Positions 22,179 through 24,000 of a stretch of 24,000 bases of DNA are shown one piece after another. Source of the DNA: an uncultured Gammaproteobacteria bacterium (GTDB taxonomy: Bacteria; Cyanobacteriota; Vampirovibrionia; Gastranaerophilales; Gastranaerophilaceae). The stretch's first letter is position 1. The number at the start of each line of letters is the position of its first letter. A program made the translations under genes and the position numbers. The notes under the pieces were generated by a model. That model was not told the DNA's origin. It made no database searches and saw only the letters and a list, made by a program, of their open reading frames with translations. The stretch spans positions 15,669-39,668 of the forward strand of contig CAZYYK010000002.1 of assembly GCA_964651135.1 (NCBI GenBank), written 5' to 3'.

Positions 22179-22529
22179 TTAGCAGACCTTGTCCACAATA
22201 TCAACCACTATCTTAAAAGGTTTATTATTCACCCATGTCCTAACAATGCTTCTTTCAGCATTAGAATATTCAATATCATAACTATAAGAACCTGTTGCTA
22301 AGTTTTCTGTATCTTGTGGGTCTATTTGAATGATTGCTGTACCATCTTCTCTAATCACTGCCCTCTTACAGAAAGCATACACTGAGTCCTTACTTCTTTT
22401 CTTTACCCCAAAATGTATTACAGAATCAGGGGGAAAAGGAATTTTAACACCTTCTTTATAATTACTAATAGAAAGAGCAAAACTATCCCCCCTGACTAAT
22501 GTAATGGCAAGGGTTTTATTATCAATCAT
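22179..22529 (-). CDS. hypothetical phage protein (beta-rich, possibly structural)
   Basis: The 116-aa ORF has the pattern LVRGDSF.L.I........F..DSVIHFGVKK......K.AVIREDGTAIIQIDPQDTENLATGSYSYDIEY, reminiscent of small Ig-like phage virion domains. No firm family was assigned. Confidence 0.4.
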   Translation of the reverse strand: MIDNKTLAITLVRGDSFALSISNYKEGVKIPFPPDSVIHFGVKKRSKDSVYAFCKRAVIREDGTAIIQIDPQDTENLATGSYSYDIEYSNAERSIVRTWVNNKPFKIVVDIVDKVC

Positions 22530-22726
22530 CTAATCAACCCCATTATTGTAATTACTGTAAATTTTCCCATTGTCCGTCTTTTAGTACAAACACATCTTCA
22601 ATAGGCTTCCATACACCATCTTTCAACACGAAACCAGACTCAGCTTCCATCCACTGACCATCCCACAGGATGCGCTGGTTTTTAGGGTTCGGGGTAGATG
22701 TAGGGCCACCTCCTAGAAAAATATTC

Positions 22727-22864
22727 TTACTTAGGTATTCTAGGTGTTGTCATAATCATACCTTTTTCATCTACTGTAATTCTTTTCAAGGTTACCATAG
22801 TATCTAAATAATCTTCTTCAATCCTATTCATAATCCACATATTCAATAGAAAAGCATAAATCAT
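22727..22864 (-). CDS. XkdX-like small phage protein (45 aa), below the ORF-track size cutoff
   Basis: The ORF runs from ATG 22864..22862 to TAA 22729..22727 and reads MIYAFLLNMWIMNRIEEDYLDTMVTLKRITVDEKGMIMTTPRIPK. The W..g.i..E..l...V...rIT.dE pattern resembles the XkdX family. Its start abuts the stop of the upstream ORF. Confidence 0.4.
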   Translation of the reverse strand: MIYAFLLNMWIMNRIEEDYLDTMVTLKRITVDEKGMIMTTPRIPK

Positions 22865-22865
22865 T

Positions 22866-23180
22866 TTACATACCTCCCATTAATAAGAACAATAAAGTAT
22901 CTTCTGCCATTTGTAGCCTCTCTTCCAAATCTGGTGTAGGCAATAATCCTTCTTTTGCAATAGCTAAATTCAGCCATTTATCATAGTTGTATTCCACATC
23001 TAGCTTTAATCCCTCCCTATAAGGTACTTCTATTGAATAATAATCATACTCGAATATTATTCCTACCTCATCTTCTTGTGTTTCTACTTCTCTGATGTTA
23101 TTAAATAGAGAAATAATAGCATTATCTCCCACCTTATCAACTTCAAATAGCCTTGGCTTTATTCCGCTTTCTGCTTTCAT
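22866..23180 (-). CDS. hypothetical phage protein (occupies the XkdW-like slot before the XkdX-like ORF)
   Basis: This 104-aa ORF overlaps the 3' end of the RT gene by 38 nt. No motif was recognised with confidence. Confidence 0.45.
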   Translation of the reverse strand: MKAESGIKPRLFEVDKVGDNAIISLFNNIREVETQEDEVGIIFEYDYYSIEVPYREGLKLDVEYNYDKWLNLAIAKEGLLPTPDLEERLQMAEDTLLFLLMGGM

Positions 23181-24000
23181 TACTAACCACCTCTTTCATG
23201 TCTTTTATATCTACATAAGGTTTTATATTTTTAAGATAATAATTGTATGAATTACTATGTTTTAACCACCCTAAGTAACTCAACATAGCAGCGCTATCTT
23301 TAAAATTTAATTTTTCTTTCTTGTAAATCTTTTTAGCCCTTCTCTTTATTCTTAATGCGTTTCTTTTTCTCATCGTTACATGAGTTCTGTAAAATTTAAA
23401 GCCTAGAAAATCTAAAGGTCTTTTATCTAACCGATATACTTGCCAATTATGTTTTAAGTTTAATCCTATGGTTTCTAAATATATTTCTATTTCTTTTCTT
23501 GCTTTGTGTAGTTTCTTCTTGTTGTTTCCAAATAATATGCAGTCATCCATGTACCTAACATAATATTTAATATTCAACTTTTCTTTAATCATATGGTCGA
23601 ACTCTTGTAAGTAGAAATTAGCTAACCATTGAGAGGTATAGTTGCCTATAGGCAATCCTTTTTCTACACTATCGATGATTGCATCCAGTAGCCAAAGTAA
23701 GTCTTTATCCTTAAATTTCTTCCTAAGAAATTCTTTAAGGACATCATGATTAATTGAAGGATAGAATTTAGTAATATCTATTTGTAGTACATATTTAGTA
23801 TGTTTTCTATCTCGTTTAACCCATCTTTTAACTCTCTTTTGTGCATAATGAATACCACGTTTTGGGATACTACCACAAGAATATTCATACATTCCTTTAG
23901 CCATATAAGGCTCTATAATTTGCATGATTGCCCAGTGAATACATTGGTCTGGATAAAATTTAGGCTTAAATATAACCCTTTCCTTGCCACTGGCACCATC
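23143..24000 (-). CDS. diversity-generating retroelement (DGR) reverse transcriptase, N-terminus beyond the right window edge
   Basis: The frame stays open upstream of the track ATG to position 24000 (...DGASGKERVIFKPKFYPDQCIHWAIMQIIEPY, RT motifs 1-2). Other motifs are KFYPSINHDVL and GLPIGNYTSQWLANFYL (the DGR-specific IGxxxSQ in place of QGxxxSP). RYMDDCILFG, LKHNWQVYRL..LDFLGFKF and LSYLGWLKHSNSYN are also present. The ORF is colinear with Bordetella phage BPP-1 Brt as I recall it. Confidence 0.85.
   Translation of the reverse strand, partial: DGASGKERVIFKPKFYPDQCIHWAIMQIIEPYMAKGMYEYSCGSIPKRGIHYAQKRVKRWVKRDRKHTKYVLQIDITKFYPSINHDVLKEFLRKKFKDKDLLWLLDAIIDSVEKGLPIGNYTSQWLANFYLQEFDHMIKEKLNIKYYVRYMDDCILFGNNKKKLHKARKEIEIYLETIGLNLKHNWQVYRLDKRPLDFLGFKFYRTHVTMRKRNALRIKRRAKKIYKKEKLNFKDSAAMLSYLGWLKHSNSYNYYLKNIKPYVDIKDMKEVVSNESRKRNKAKAI

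Noticed and set aside
116-22301. Plus-strand track ORFs antisense to the minus-strand genes, and minus-strand ORFs nested out of frame. Examples are 116..388, 819..1025, 2163..2528, 2753..3094, 8146..8373, 10738..10983, 13180..13446, 14769..15185, 19421..19744, 19488..20024 and 21195..21422. The nested ones include 14009..14194, 18130..18321 and 20641..20877.
   Set aside because: All lie inside or opposite ORFs with strong motif support. They translate to Ser/Leu/Phe-rich low-complexity sequence typical of the antisense of AT-rich coding DNA, and they lack an RBS.
22640-22715. GC-rich patch considered as a tRNA gene fragment or attP core
   Set aside because: I could not fold a cloverleaf or find a GTTCGAATC-type T-loop, and no integrase gene is in the window. 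It is kept only as part of the start-less ORF finding.
23143-24000. RT considered as a group II intron, retron or defence-type (Abi/UG) reverse transcriptase
   Set aside because: The IGNYTSQ motif replaces the QGxxxSP of intron and retron RTs. There is no maturase/X or endonuclease domain and no msr/msd-like inverted repeats nearby. The C-terminal region matches the Brt pattern.
1-24000. Search for a DGR template/variable repeat pair, an avd gene, a tnpA (Y1 transposase) gene, an integrase and tRNA genes within the window
   Set aside because: None was found by eye. Their absence here is not evidence of absence in the full genome, and a computational repeat search is needed.

Overview
This is a low-GC (about one-third G+C by eye) tailed-phage or prophage segment, probably from a Bacillota-type host. 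Positions 1-16050 hold a minus-strand replication and nucleotide-metabolism module: a Cas4-like PD-(D/E)XK nuclease, a clamp-like protein, a family A DNA polymerase with proofreading domain, an SSB-like protein, DnaG-type primase, DnaB-type helicase, an AAA+ loader and a class II ribonucleotide reductase. An IscB (OMEGA-type RuvC+HNH) nuclease gene is wedged into this module between nrdJ and an early promoter. It is preceded by a 282-nt structured non-coding stretch in the position expected for an omega/HEARO RNA, and no tnpA is visible. Positions 16050-17135 form a ~1-kb non-coding control region. It contains back-to-back promoters, a promoter-plus-terminator bounded structured small RNA (or 31-codon sORF), an AT-rich tract, direct repeats and a DnaA-box cluster. 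Positions 17136-19396 form a plus-strand accessory island with a PD-(D/E)XK homing-endonuclease-like gene, a thyX with a degenerate signature motif and a Mom-like GNAT-fold gene. Positions 19436-24000 hold a minus-strand lysis cassette (XhlA-like, bifunctional amidase/glucosaminidase endolysin, LL-H-type holin-like protein), small tail-module ORFs and a DGR-type reverse transcriptase cut by the right window edge. A conserved ACACCAC box sits 5-8 bp upstream of the -35 hexamer of at least seven promoters. All protein calls come from motif recognition by eye, with no database search. Promoter, terminator and RNA coordinates were hand-counted and may be off by 1-2 nt.
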